Positions 10,120-19,057 of a stretch of DNA of 64,000 bases are shown here, piece after piece (within the stretch, counting starts at the first letter, position 1; each line of letters starts with the position of its first letter). The position numbers were made by a program, and so were the translations under genes. This stretch comes from a virus (Duplodnaviria > Caudoviricetes), in IMG/VR virus record IMGVR_UViG_3300010352_001202; one strand, given 5' to 3'. The notes beneath the pieces were generated by a model. The model was given only the letters and a program-made list of their open reading frames with translations. It was not told the origin of the DNA and ran no database searches.

Positions 10120-10399
10120 ACATCAAGAAGAGTGTCTGAATATTCTGCAAGAAGAATGTGCGGAAGTTATACAGGCAGCTTCTAAAATCAAACGATTTGG
10201 ATTAGTAGGTAAACGATTAGACTCGGATACTAATCTAAATAATTTAGAAACTGAGTTAGGTGATGTCCTAGCAATGGTAGAGTTAGTTATAAACTCCGGT
10301 TTAGGAGTTACACAAGCGGGTATCGAAGAAGCAAAGCGTGCTAAATTTGAAAGACTATCGAGGTATATGCACACATGGGACCAAACATTAGAAAGCTAA
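10112..10399 (+). CDS. MazG-like NTP pyrophosphohydrolase
   Basis: EECAEVIQA...ELGDVL. Confidence 0.8.
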   Translation: MNEHQEECLNILQEECAEVIQAASKIKRFGLVGKRLDSDTNLNNLETELGDVLAMVELVINSGLGVTQAGIEEAKRAKFERLSRYMHTWDQTLES

Positions 10400-11019
10400 A
10401 AGAACTGTTCTCAAAACCAAAACAACCTATAGAGGAACCTATTGAAGATTCCATGTTAGGTACTAAAGATTTCACTATAGAGTCATATATCTACCCAGCC
10501 TCAACTGCGTCCGCGGCACAGATGACTAGCCAGACAGTAACTGCCGGAACAGGTGGTTCGTATATGTCTACCTCTACGAGCGGTTCGTATACATACACAA
10601 TTCCCAGCACTGCAACTGCTGGTGCAGGGTATGTGAATATATCCGGTGGCGGTGGTGGAATATCAATTAGTAATCCTTTCTCGATAGGATCAATAGGTGC
10701 AATGAAAGGCCCTGCAGCCAATGTTCTTAAATTATCAAATGCAGGAAAAGAAATAGTCACACTGAATAAAGATGGGTCTGTTACTTGGCATGACGAAATT
10801 AATATAAATGAAGCGGCAGACGCATTTGCTAAATCATTGAGTTTAGGTGCAGAGCACATGGCAGGTATTACACAAGGTGTAAAGCAAAGGATGCGCGATA
10901 GTGTCTTTAATGATTTGATTGAGATTGCTAAAGAGAAAGGTTCTCTATCTGCAGATGACTTGACTTATCTGTTATCTGCTGCTAAAATAATGGAAAAACT
11001 AAAAGGACCGAGGGACTAA
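10375..11019 (+). CDS. hypothetical protein with Ser/Thr/Gly-rich linker
   Basis: Packed ORF. Confidence 0.65.
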   Translation: MGPNIRKLKELFSKPKQPIEEPIEDSMLGTKDFTIESYIYPASTASAAQMTSQTVTAGTGGSYMSTSTSGSYTYTIPSTATAGAGYVNISGGGGGISISNPFSIGSIGAMKGPAANVLKLSNAGKEIVTLNKDGSVTWHDEININEAADAFAKSLSLGAEHMAGITQGVKQRMRDSVFNDLIEIAKEKGSLSADDLTYLLSAAKIMEKLKGPRD

Positions 11020-11020
11020 T

Positions 11021-11896
11021 ATGTTTGGAACAAATGAAATTGTCGGAAAGAAATATTTTAAGGATGCACCAAAGGATAGCTTGTTTGTAACAAGTATGTT
11101 CTTCACATTGCAAGGCGAGGGTCCCTTTGCCGGCCAACCTGCAATCTTCATTCGTTTGACAAAGTGTAATCTCGATTGCAGTTTTTGTGATACATTCTTT
11201 GATGATGGCGACTGGCTAACATTCAAAGAAATTGAAGCCAAGGTATATCACACAATCTGTGATTATTGGAATTCAAAGGGACAACCCGTCCCGTTGTGGG
11301 CATTACCGGCCGGCGGCGGCCCTTTGTATCCTAATATTGTAATGGTAATAACAGGCGGAGAGCCTTTACTTCAGGATAATCTTTCAGAATTTATGCGTCA
11401 ACAAGCCGGTGACTTCAAGGCAATACAGATTGAAAGTAATGGTGTACTTGATACCGAAGTGCCGGAAGAAGTGGTGCTTGTTTGCTCTCCCAAATGCGGT
11501 GAGAAAGATGGCAAGCCTACAAAGTATCTGCGTCCAAGCAAGACTATTCTAGAGCGTGCTGATTGCTTGAAGTTTGTAATGAGTGCAGATCCTAATAGCC
11601 CATATCACACAGTGCCCGAGTGGGCTATTGAGTGGTCGCAGGTAAAGGGTGATGTATATTGCAGCCCAATGAATATTTACAATACCTTCCCGCAGAAGAT
11701 TAAGTTACTTCGTGCAGAGAAGGGTAACATTACAATGGCTGAACGCAGCACTGTAGATGAAGTTATTAGCTTCTGGGAACCGGGTTTGCTGAACTTAGCA
11801 GAAAACCAAGCTAACCACGAATATACAGCAAGATACTGCATGGATAACGGCTTTAAGCTCAACCTGCAAATGCATTTATATGCGAGCCTTGCCTAA
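11021..11896 (+). CDS. queE: 7-carboxy-7-deazaguanine synthase (radical SAM)
   Basis: FFTLQGEG, FIRLTKCNLDCSFCDT, ITGGEP, IESNG, CSPK, C-terminal LQMH. Confidence 0.88.
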   Translation: MFGTNEIVGKKYFKDAPKDSLFVTSMFFTLQGEGPFAGQPAIFIRLTKCNLDCSFCDTFFDDGDWLTFKEIEAKVYHTICDYWNSKGQPVPLWALPAGGGPLYPNIVMVITGGEPLLQDNLSEFMRQQAGDFKAIQIESNGVLDTEVPEEVVLVCSPKCGEKDGKPTKYLRPSKTILERADCLKFVMSADPNSPYHTVPEWAIEWSQVKGDVYCSPMNIYNTFPQKIKLLRAEKGNITMAERSTVDEVISFWEPGLLNLAENQANHEYTARYCMDNGFKLNLQMHLYASLA

Positions 11897-12119
11897 AGAA
11901 TATCCTTACAGAGTTATATCTTGTAGTGAAAACAGATCTATACACGAATCTAAAAAAGCGTGGTTAGGTACACAAGGTATTCATTTTGGGGATTACGCTA
12001 TAAGAGATCTTCCCAAGGATTATACAGGTACTAAATACTGGGGTGGACTAAATTTTTATTGGTGCTTTGCAGACGAAGAAACTGCTACTATGTTTAGACT
12101 AAGATGGAATAAAGAATGA
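11880..12119 (+). CDS. small protein, C-terminal DAxxFKL family
   Basis: FADEETATMFRLRW. Confidence 0.6.
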   Translation: MRALPKEYPYRVISCSENRSIHESKKAWLGTQGIHFGDYAIRDLPKDYTGTKYWGGLNFYWCFADEETATMFRLRWNKE

Positions 12120-12355
12120 ATCCGGAGAAACTAAGCTGGGATATGTCCAAGACAGATTCTATGGTTATCGTAATCAGTTACGAAGGAAAGAAAGTAATGA
12201 GTCTTTCTTTACATGAAGCAATTGAATCTGCAGGTCGTAAAGCAATCATGAAGCATGTTCGCGAATGCGATAGGACACCGTGGTTGAAAAAATGGCACGA
12301 CGATAAAATGGAACAGGAAATAGAAATCCTAAAGGGCAATGAAGTTTCTAAATAA
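12116..12355 (+). CDS. hypothetical protein
   Basis: ATGA overlap. Confidence 0.6.
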   Translation: MNPEKLSWDMSKTDSMVIVISYEGKKVMSLSLHEAIESAGRKAIMKHVRECDRTPWLKKWHDDKMEQEIEILKGNEVSK

Positions 12356-12551
12356 AAAGAAGAAATACAGAGAGACATGGAAAACATCTCCACCACCACC
12401 AATACATCAAATGAAGGATGCTAAGAAATGGTGTCAACAAAATGTCAGCAAAGGTAAATTCTATTTCCACTATACAAACACTAGATGGTGGTTTGAATTT
12501 GAAGACGATGCTCTAGTATTTGCACTAATTTGGGGTAGTGGTTCGAGATGA
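12339..12551 (+). CDS. small protein, C-terminal DAxxFKL family
   Basis: FEFEDDALVFALIW. Confidence 0.6.
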   Translation: MKFLNKKKKYRETWKTSPPPPIHQMKDAKKWCQQNVSKGKFYFHYTNTRWWFEFEDDALVFALIWGSGSR

Positions 12552-12763
12552 ATATTCCTGCAGAATTTATCAACCGAGTTTACAAAACCAGATTTTCTGG
12601 CCTACTTAGCTCAGCCAGGGAACTAGATCAGATTCAGAATCTTGCGGAAGGTTCTGAGATAGATGTTATATATGAAAATGGTAGGGCAGTTGTTGTTCTT
12701 GTTTTTGAGACACAAGAGGATTGTCTTGCTTTTACACTAAAATATGGAAATAAATATGCCTAA
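12548..12763 (+). CDS. small protein, C-terminal DAxxFKL family
   Basis: FETQEDCLAFTLKYG. Confidence 0.6.
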   Translation: MNIPAEFINRVYKTRFSGLLSSARELDQIQNLAEGSEIDVIYENGRAVVVLVFETQEDCLAFTLKYGNKYA

Positions 12764-13388
12764 ATTACCATTCGGGATTTTACCCGGACATTGGGGTCTT
12801 GCAGGAAAGACCAGAGAAATTGCACAAGCTGAATATGAGCTTACAGGTTACGACCTTGAAAAGCGTATCCTTGAAATCAATCACGATGATCCAAATTCAG
12901 CAGACTTCAAAAGAAAGTCACTGGAGATTGATCTAAGATATAATAAGATTACAGAACCTTTTTATCATCGTTCACTTGCCGATCTAATTAGCGATCCAAA
13001 ACAGAAGGCACTAGCTACTGCGGAGTTAGATTACCGCGAAGGTATAATTACAGACTTGGAGTACCAAAAGCAGACTGCCACCCTAAACAACGAACCCTGG
13101 GTCACTGTAATTAATATGGACTTTGGTAAGAAGACTGCCCTGGAAGGTAGCTTTGAACTCGACTGGAACGAGCAGTTTGTTGACAAACTAAAAGCAGAAG
13201 GCTATACTGGCCCTACACCAGACAACATTGTAAATCAGTGGTTTATGGAAGTATGTCGAAATGTTGCTATGGAAGAGTTTGACGGTACTGGAGACTTTAC
13301 CGCTGACTCGGAAGCCAATTTGGAAGCCGTGAAACGCTGGCAAGGCGGAACGGAATCCTTTCCTAAAGGTCGAAAAGGTTATAAGTGA
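12756..13388 (+). CDS. hypothetical phage protein
   Basis: 210-aa ORF containing FELDWNEQFV. Confidence 0.7.
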   Translation: MPKLPFGILPGHWGLAGKTREIAQAEYELTGYDLEKRILEINHDDPNSADFKRKSLEIDLRYNKITEPFYHRSLADLISDPKQKALATAELDYREGIITDLEYQKQTATLNNEPWVTVINMDFGKKTALEGSFELDWNEQFVDKLKAEGYTGPTPDNIVNQWFMEVCRNVAMEEFDGTGDFTADSEANLEAVKRWQGGTESFPKGRKGYK

Positions 13389-13648
13389 ATCCATCCTACT
13401 ACGCAATGAAACGCAGGCTCGGCGGTGAAAAATGGACTGTCCGAGACAAACTTGTTGGAACCCATTCGTGCCATCAGTGTCCGGGGCATATAGCCCACGG
13501 ATTAGTTATCGGCGAACGCCGTGCTGAAATCCTTTTCGACCACTATCAAAAGAGACCACGCATTGCCTATCGTGTCTACTGGAGAATGCATCCGGAAGAA
13601 TTGCGTCTTGTACAAGAAATCTACAAGAAAAAGAAATCCTCTAAATAG
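13385..13648 (+). CDS. hypothetical protein
   Basis: GTGA overlap. Confidence 0.5.
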   Translation: MNPSYYAMKRRLGGEKWTVRDKLVGTHSCHQCPGHIAHGLVIGERRAEILFDHYQKRPRIAYRVYWRMHPEELRLVQEIYKKKKSSK

Positions 13649-13660
13649 TCAACGCCCCTG

Positions 13661-13689
13661 TTGACTATCCAACTACCCACTGTTATAAT
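13661..13689 (+). promoter_or_regulatory. sigma70-type promoter, leaderless spacing
   Basis: TTGACT-17-TATAAT, 6 nt before ATG 13696. Confidence 0.8.
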
Positions 13690-13695
13690 AAACTA

Positions 13696-14739
13696 ATGCA
13701 CACCTATATCCATACTGACGGCCATAACCTATTCCACCGCCAAATCCGCATGACTAATCCGGCGCTGGGGCTGGATAGCATGATAGGCATGGCTCTTCAT
13801 CTCATCCTAAACAGCATGAAGAAGGAATATGTCAAGTGGGGCGGAACCCATGTCGTCTTCTATCTCGAAGGTCGTAGCTGGCGCAAGGATGTATATCCCG
13901 GATATAAGGCAAACAGAAAAGTAGCCTTTGCGCAACAGACTCCAAAAGAACAAGAAGACCACCACATCCTTGTGGAGGCCTTTGACGATTTCGTGCAGTA
14001 CCTTGATGAAAAGACAAACATCACAGTGCTTCAGAATCCAAAGGCCGAGGCAGATGACATGATTGCTATCTTCATCGATGCACATCCCGATGATAAGCAT
14101 ATTCTGATTAGCTCCGATTCGGACTTCTTTCAACTACTCCGCTATCCCAATGTAACAATATACGATCCTGTCAAAGATATCCTTATCAAGCAGGATGGAA
14201 TCTATGATGATGACGGTAATAAGCTTGAATTTACTGTTACATCTGGTGCCAAAATCAAAGCAGGGAAAAAGAATCCTGATTTTGTTTGCGATCCGGATTG
14301 GTTTAACTATGCACTGTTCCTAAAATGCATTCGTGGCGACGACACTGATAACATCTTCAGTGCATATCCGGGTGTACGCGAGAAGGGCACAAAAACCACT
14401 GTTGGTATTCGTGAAGCATATTCCGATCGCGAGGGCAAAGGGTTCTCGTGGAACAACTTCATGTTGCAAAAGTGGGTTGACGAAAATAAGGTTGAGCAGC
14501 GAGTAAAAGAAAAATACGAATTCAATAGATCACTTATCGACCTTGGCCAAATTCCCGATGATGTAAAAATCGGATGTCTTGAAATCATTGCATCACAGAC
14601 TGGCAGAAAGAGTGTGCCTGCAATGGATATAGGAACAGGGTTTATGAAGTTCTGTGGTAAATGGGCACTAAAGAAGATCGGCGATAATGCCAACGCTTTT
14701 ATGCCAATGTTGAAAGCTAAATACAGCGAGCACCAATAG
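13696..14739 (+). CDS. rnh: 5'-3' exonuclease / T4 RNase H-like
   Basis: DGHN, WRKDVYPGYKANR, EADD, SSDSDF, GDDTDNI. Confidence 0.9.
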   Translation: MHTYIHTDGHNLFHRQIRMTNPALGLDSMIGMALHLILNSMKKEYVKWGGTHVVFYLEGRSWRKDVYPGYKANRKVAFAQQTPKEQEDHHILVEAFDDFVQYLDEKTNITVLQNPKAEADDMIAIFIDAHPDDKHILISSDSDFFQLLRYPNVTIYDPVKDILIKQDGIYDDDGNKLEFTVTSGAKIKAGKKNPDFVCDPDWFNYALFLKCIRGDDTDNIFSAYPGVREKGTKTTVGIREAYSDREGKGFSWNNFMLQKWVDENKVEQRVKEKYEFNRSLIDLGQIPDDVKIGCLEIIASQTGRKSVPAMDIGTGFMKFCGKWALKKIGDNANAFMPMLKAKYSEHQ

Positions 14740-14927
14740 TCCGTGGTTTCCGATTGTATTTTCGGTGGTGTTTACAGCCTATACCTGGGTTTTTGTTGAA
14801 GTTGTCATTCCTAATGGCGAAGCACAAAAACAGAGGGAAATAGATTGCAAGAATAAAAACGGAATTTTGCTGGAACACAAAGACGCAGGACCACTCTGCA
14901 TTAAACGAGAAATGATAATAACATAAT

Positions 14928-15425
14928 ATGTCTATAAAACTAAAACCCATTACAGAAACAAGCTGGCTCGTTATTGGTGACACCGACGATACAAGAATTG
15001 GTCTGTTAACAGAAATTCGTAATCAGTATGTCCTAATGGTTAAGGGCGAAAAGCAACAGTTTGTAAACAGAAAAGCAGTAAACATATATTTCAACGAAGA
15101 TGTTTTCAAGAATGTAGTTGAGCCTACGGAAGAGGCTCCTGTAAAGAAAACTTACTTCATCAACGGTTTCCCTGTGGACTTTGATAGTCCAAATGAGGTG
15201 TTGCTAAAAGGTAACAAGTTGCCTCTCTTTAGCAAAAAAGCGACAAGCGATGTGTATTATAGTGCAGGATATTATTGCTTGCATTTCCCTAAGAATTGGA
15301 TGCCTGCATATTGTCCAAAGCTATCCACCCTTGAGACATACGAATATGCAGGTCCCTATAAGACAGAATTAGAAATGCGTAGTTCGCTAACTAAGCTACG
15401 CAAGGAAAAGAATGCAGGCAAGTAA
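14928..15425 (+). CDS. hypothetical phage protein
   Basis: 165-aa ORF. Confidence 0.7.
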   Translation: MSIKLKPITETSWLVIGDTDDTRIGLLTEIRNQYVLMVKGEKQQFVNRKAVNIYFNEDVFKNVVEPTEEAPVKKTYFINGFPVDFDSPNEVLLKGNKLPLFSKKATSDVYYSAGYYCLHFPKNWMPAYCPKLSTLETYEYAGPYKTELEMRSSLTKLRKEKNAGK

Positions 15426-15721
15426 TGAGCGGTTGCGATATTTATTTTGTAGGATATGACAATGCACGAACTGATCGTGTGTGGGGATATCTATTAGAAG
15501 ATCTTAATGATCAAACTGCACCCTGGAACAGAAAATACCATACATTCTGGGGTAGCAGAAAAGGAAAGATTTATTTCCAAGGTGCAAAAAATTTCAACTC
15601 TGTAAAAGGCAACTACAGAGAGAAAATGAAAAAATATACAAGGGATGACACACTAAAAGATAAAGTGTTGGCAGACTTCGGTCAATTACTTCTAGTGCGT
15701 AAGCTAAAATATGGCTATTAA
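15425..15721 (+). CDS. WGR-like small protein
   Basis: DRVWGY...FWGSRKG; paralog of ORFs 15724 and 30025. Confidence 0.6.
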   Translation: MSGCDIYFVGYDNARTDRVWGYLLEDLNDQTAPWNRKYHTFWGSRKGKIYFQGAKNFNSVKGNYREKMKKYTRDDTLKDKVLADFGQLLLVRKLKYGY

Positions 15722-15723
15722 TC

Positions 15724-16059
15724 ATGGAAGACCTTATTACCGTTCACTGGTGTGGATTCAAACGCGATAGCGGCCGGGGGCAGGTGTGGGGTTATTTTAC
15801 TCCCAAGAATGTGGAACTTAGAATTCTAAATCGTTGGGAAGATCGTCCTCCTGTCGAATGCTGCGTATTTCGCGGTAAGATTGGTAAGTCATTATATCTT
15901 GAAGATGCCGATTATACCACAGTATTCCAACAAGAAGTTAGCACCAGGATGAAAAACTATAAAACCATCGATCCTGCCAAGATCCTTCCTAACTGGACTG
16001 CATTCAAGGAAGAGATGCGTCTGTATATGCTGTTCAGGAAACTAAGCGTAAATGAGTGA
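15724..16059 (+). CDS. WGR-like small protein
   Basis: QVWGYF...FRGKIGK. Confidence 0.55.
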   Translation: MEDLITVHWCGFKRDSGRGQVWGYFTPKNVELRILNRWEDRPPVECCVFRGKIGKSLYLEDADYTTVFQQEVSTRMKNYKTIDPAKILPNWTAFKEEMRLYMLFRKLSVNE

Positions 16060-16246
16060 AATAACTAAACTAAGAGCACGCCTGAAGAATGTACAGAAGA
16101 ATGTAACAGAATACAGGATGACTGTTGCAGAAGCCAAAGAACTATTGCGAGAGATAGATATATTACAAAAAGAAAAACCACCTCAAGTGGTTGTCAGTGA
16201 AACTGCCGTTAGAACAACTCAAATATTAGACGGCGGCGTTTTCTAA
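16052..16246 (+). CDS. hypothetical protein
   Basis: Ends ILDGGVF, followed by a terminator. Confidence 0.6.
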   Translation: MSEITKLRARLKNVQKNVTEYRMTVAEAKELLREIDILQKEKPPQVVVSETAVRTTQILDGGVF

Positions 16247-16268
16247 GGGACCTTCGGGTCCCTTTTTT
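16245..16268 (+). terminator. intrinsic terminator
   Basis: AAGGGACC-TTCG-GGTCCCTT followed by a T run. Confidence 0.9.
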
Positions 16269-16329
16269 AATGCTTCGATAAATAGGTGTTTTTGATAAAT
16301 ATATACACATTTATTGGAGAACAGAAAAT

Positions 16330-16623
16330 ATGGCAAGACCTAAGCCTACCATAATTTTAGAAAATGTTAATTCGAAAACTTATAAGGCCGAACAAGTTCT
16401 TGATGCAGAAGCGATTTACGCGGTGTTCTATAAAGAGAAACCTATCAATCTACGCACCCTGAGTCACTTGGTTTCGTATCCAGGACCTAAGTATAAGAAG
16501 GTGAGCTTTTCTAATTCGGGGCATGCGTTCAATCTAGCTGAAAGATTGAATAAGATGTTCAAAACAACAGATTTTTCAGTATTCAAATTAACTACAGGCG
16601 TGCCCTGTACTGAAGACGATTAA
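16330..16623 (+). CDS. hypothetical phage protein (late)
   Basis: Two GATAAATA boxes and a GGAG SD upstream. Confidence 0.75.
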   Translation: MARPKPTIILENVNSKTYKAEQVLDAEAIYAVFYKEKPINLRTLSHLVSYPGPKYKKVSFSNSGHAFNLAERLNKMFKTTDFSVFKLTTGVPCTEDD

Positions 16624-16985
16624 GGCAATGTATCCACAAAATACTGTGGATACATCTGACCAAACTTCCTCATAATAACACCAGCAATAGCATTAGCCTG
16701 ATTTTCAGTTTCACTTCCATCAGACCCGTCTAACTCCATCCCGGAGATTCTTTGCTTCCAGTGTACCAACTCGTGAGCAAGGGTTCTCATAACATCCATA
16801 GGATGTCTTCCCTTAGTTACAACATGAACTGTATTGTTGCTAAACTCTCCAAAAGAAGTGCCAGCACCTACAGTATCATCATCAACAAGATTTATTTCTG
16901 GCATCTCTGAAAGATCCAGTTCATGCTTGCACAACTGTAACAGGTGTGTTATCATATGTTCTTGTACTGCTTCACGAATTCTCAT
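16620..16985 (-). CDS. zincin-like metallopeptidase domain protein
   Basis: TLAHELVH...ENQANA; GATAAATA 5 nt before the ATG. Confidence 0.7.
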   Translation of the reverse strand: MRIREAVQEHMITHLLQLCKHELDLSEMPEINLVDDDTVGAGTSFGEFSNNTVHVVTKGRHPMDVMRTLAHELVHWKQRISGMELDGSDGSETENQANAIAGVIMRKFGQMYPQYFVDTLP

Positions 16986-17003
16986 AACACTATTTATCAC
17001 ACA

Positions 17004-17231
17004 ATGTCACAATCATTTATAGAGAAGATTTCCTTTTGGGGTGCAATCATTGCCTCTATATTATTGGCATTGCATATACCGGTAAGTGGTTGGGCATACA
17101 TTTTGTTTCTATTCTCAAACTTTGCATCCTTGTATCTGCTAAGAAATACTAATGCACCGAAGGTTATTTCTCACCAGATTATCTTTTTTATTGCTATAAA
17201 TCTGCTAGGCATCACCCAATGGTTGTTATAA
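17004..17231 (+). CDS. small membrane protein
   Basis: Three hydrophobic segments. Confidence 0.6.
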   Translation: MSQSFIEKISFWGAIIASILLALHIPVSGWAYILFLFSNFASLYLLRNTNAPKVISHQIIFFIAINLLGITQWLL

Positions 17232-17239
17232 ATATTGCT

Positions 17240-17581
17240 ATGTCTCCACTAAAGAAAGCAATCTTCACCGAAGTAAGGGAACACCACGAAAAGGCTGCTT
17301 CATTTGACGATGAACAGCTAAATAAGCTCATGTTCCATCATCCGGACGGTTTGAGACTTTCCTATTCTGGATTTGTAATACTCAAGAATATATTCACTGT
17401 TTATAGTTTTGCTATTCCGGAAACAATAAAATCTAGACACCAATATGGTATGTCCAAAATGGAATACCCATACTTCTTTACAAAGAGAAGGTTGATTCTA
17501 TTTTCCGAAATGGATTCGATGGTGATAAAACTGCATGGTGGTATAGAAGGATTCTTAGAGACTTGTAGTCAGCTTGACTAA
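17240..17581 (+). CDS. hypothetical phage protein (late)
   Basis: TATAAATA (exact T4 late box) 5 nt before the ATG. Confidence 0.7.
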   Translation: MSPLKKAIFTEVREHHEKAASFDDEQLNKLMFHHPDGLRLSYSGFVILKNIFTVYSFAIPETIKSRHQYGMSKMEYPYFFTKRRLILFSEMDSMVIKLHGGIEGFLETCSQLD

Positions 17582-17608
17582 GTAAGGAATCCTCTATATA
17601 ATAGAGGT

Positions 17609-18052
17609 ATGAATCCGAACTCTGAAGACGCACTATTTGAAACTCTTTCTCTGAACCGCGATATCATCGAAGGTTCAGGTCCTGCCTATGGAGGATATGG
17701 TGGTGCGCATTTACGCTGGAGTTGGGGCTATGGTATGCCTACCAAACTAGAAGTTTGGACAAACGAAAAAGGGCAGAAACATCGTATCTACGGCCCTGCT
17801 GTTAGATGCCTTCGCAAGTATAAACTAGAAGAATGGTGGAAGGAAGATAAACTCCACCGCATTGGTGGTCCTGCACGCATTCATAAGGACAATATGTTCT
17901 GGTATAAAGAAGGCGTGCTTCACAATCTCGACGGTCCTGCTGTTGTCGAAAGAGCTGGTCCCAAACAATATTGGATTGACGGCGCTAAACTGTCACCCAA
18001 AGAATACAAAAAAGAAATTGCGCGTCGTAAGCGCAAAGGTTTGATAAAGTGA
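17609..18052 (+). CDS. HRxxGPA-repeat protein
   Basis: HRIYGPAV, HRIGGPAR, HNLDGPAV repeats; promoter TTGACT-17-TATAAT 6 nt upstream. Confidence 0.75.
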   Translation: MNPNSEDALFETLSLNRDIIEGSGPAYGGYGGAHLRWSWGYGMPTKLEVWTNEKGQKHRIYGPAVRCLRKYKLEEWWKEDKLHRIGGPARIHKDNMFWYKEGVLHNLDGPAVVERAGPKQYWIDGAKLSPKEYKKEIARRKRKGLIK

Positions 18053-18819
18053 AAATAAGATTATGGTCAGATCTACATTTGGAATTTTCCAATCACAAAT
18101 GGGATCACATCTGGACACCTGCGCCGGAGGATAAGGAAACAACACTTATCCTTGCCGGAGATATCGATGTGGGTACCTGTGCTCAAGAATGGATGAATGT
18201 TCTATCAGATTCATTTAGGACCGTAATAAGAATCTGTGGTAATCACGAGTTTTACGACAATGATTACGACAAGGTAATACGCGATTGGCGCGACTTTGAA
18301 CAGTCGGGTCCGAGTAACTTCCATTTTTTACACAATGATTGGCGAATTATAGACGGTGTCAGGTTCCTTGGCGGAACTATGTGGACAAGCTTCGATGACG
18401 GGGATCCTATTGCTATGGGATACGCACATCGAGTAATGAATGACTACAGAAACACAAAACAGAATGGAAAGCTTATTACTCCCGATTTCATTCTGTCGCA
18501 ACATGAGTTGTTTATAGATTTTCTATTAAGGAAGTTTGATGAACCGTTTGAGGGTGACACTGTTGTAGTTACTCATCACAGTCCCGGTAATGCCCTAAAG
18601 AGAAAAGGGCATCGCGGAGATAGGAGCGATACAGCATACTTTGCAGACCTGGAACATATGATTGGACACCATAATAAGGCCAAGTTGTGGGTTCACGGCC
18701 ATACGCACAGGAATTGGGATTACATGATTAATGAAACTCGTGTAGTTTGCAACCCTTACGGTTACCATGGCAAAAGCACAAATGGTGGATTTGATAAAGA
18801 CCTAATCATTGATCTTTGA
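18049..18819 (+). CDS. calcineurin-like metallophosphoesterase
   Basis: SDLH, AGD, GNHE, THH, HGHTH. Confidence 0.92.
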   Translation: MKIRLWSDLHLEFSNHKWDHIWTPAPEDKETTLILAGDIDVGTCAQEWMNVLSDSFRTVIRICGNHEFYDNDYDKVIRDWRDFEQSGPSNFHFLHNDWRIIDGVRFLGGTMWTSFDDGDPIAMGYAHRVMNDYRNTKQNGKLITPDFILSQHELFIDFLLRKFDEPFEGDTVVVTHHSPGNALKRKGHRGDRSDTAYFADLEHMIGHHNKAKLWVHGHTHRNWDYMINETRVVCNPYGYHGKSTNGGFDKDLIIDL

Positions 18820-19025
18820 TTATGTACCACAAGCACGAAATACCGTTTCCGGAATATCTGTATACCTCATTGACCGGTAACCGGTATTGCCCTGTGTTTG
18901 ATACAGAAGTAGGGCGATGGTTTCTTGTTAACCCTAACAATGTAATGTCAATTGAGAAGATTGCAGCATTATGCAATATTCCCGACGAAGATGTGACTCT
19001 TCTAAAACTTCGTTACGGCAGCTAG
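18816..19025 (+). CDS. small protein, C-terminal DAxxFKL family
   Basis: DEDVTLLKLRYG. Confidence 0.55.
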   Translation: MIMYHKHEIPFPEYLYTSLTGNRYCPVFDTEVGRWFLVNPNNVMSIEKIAALCNIPDEDVTLLKLRYGS

Positions 19026-19057
19026 ACCTAACCCTAAGAACTAACATACAATAAGGT

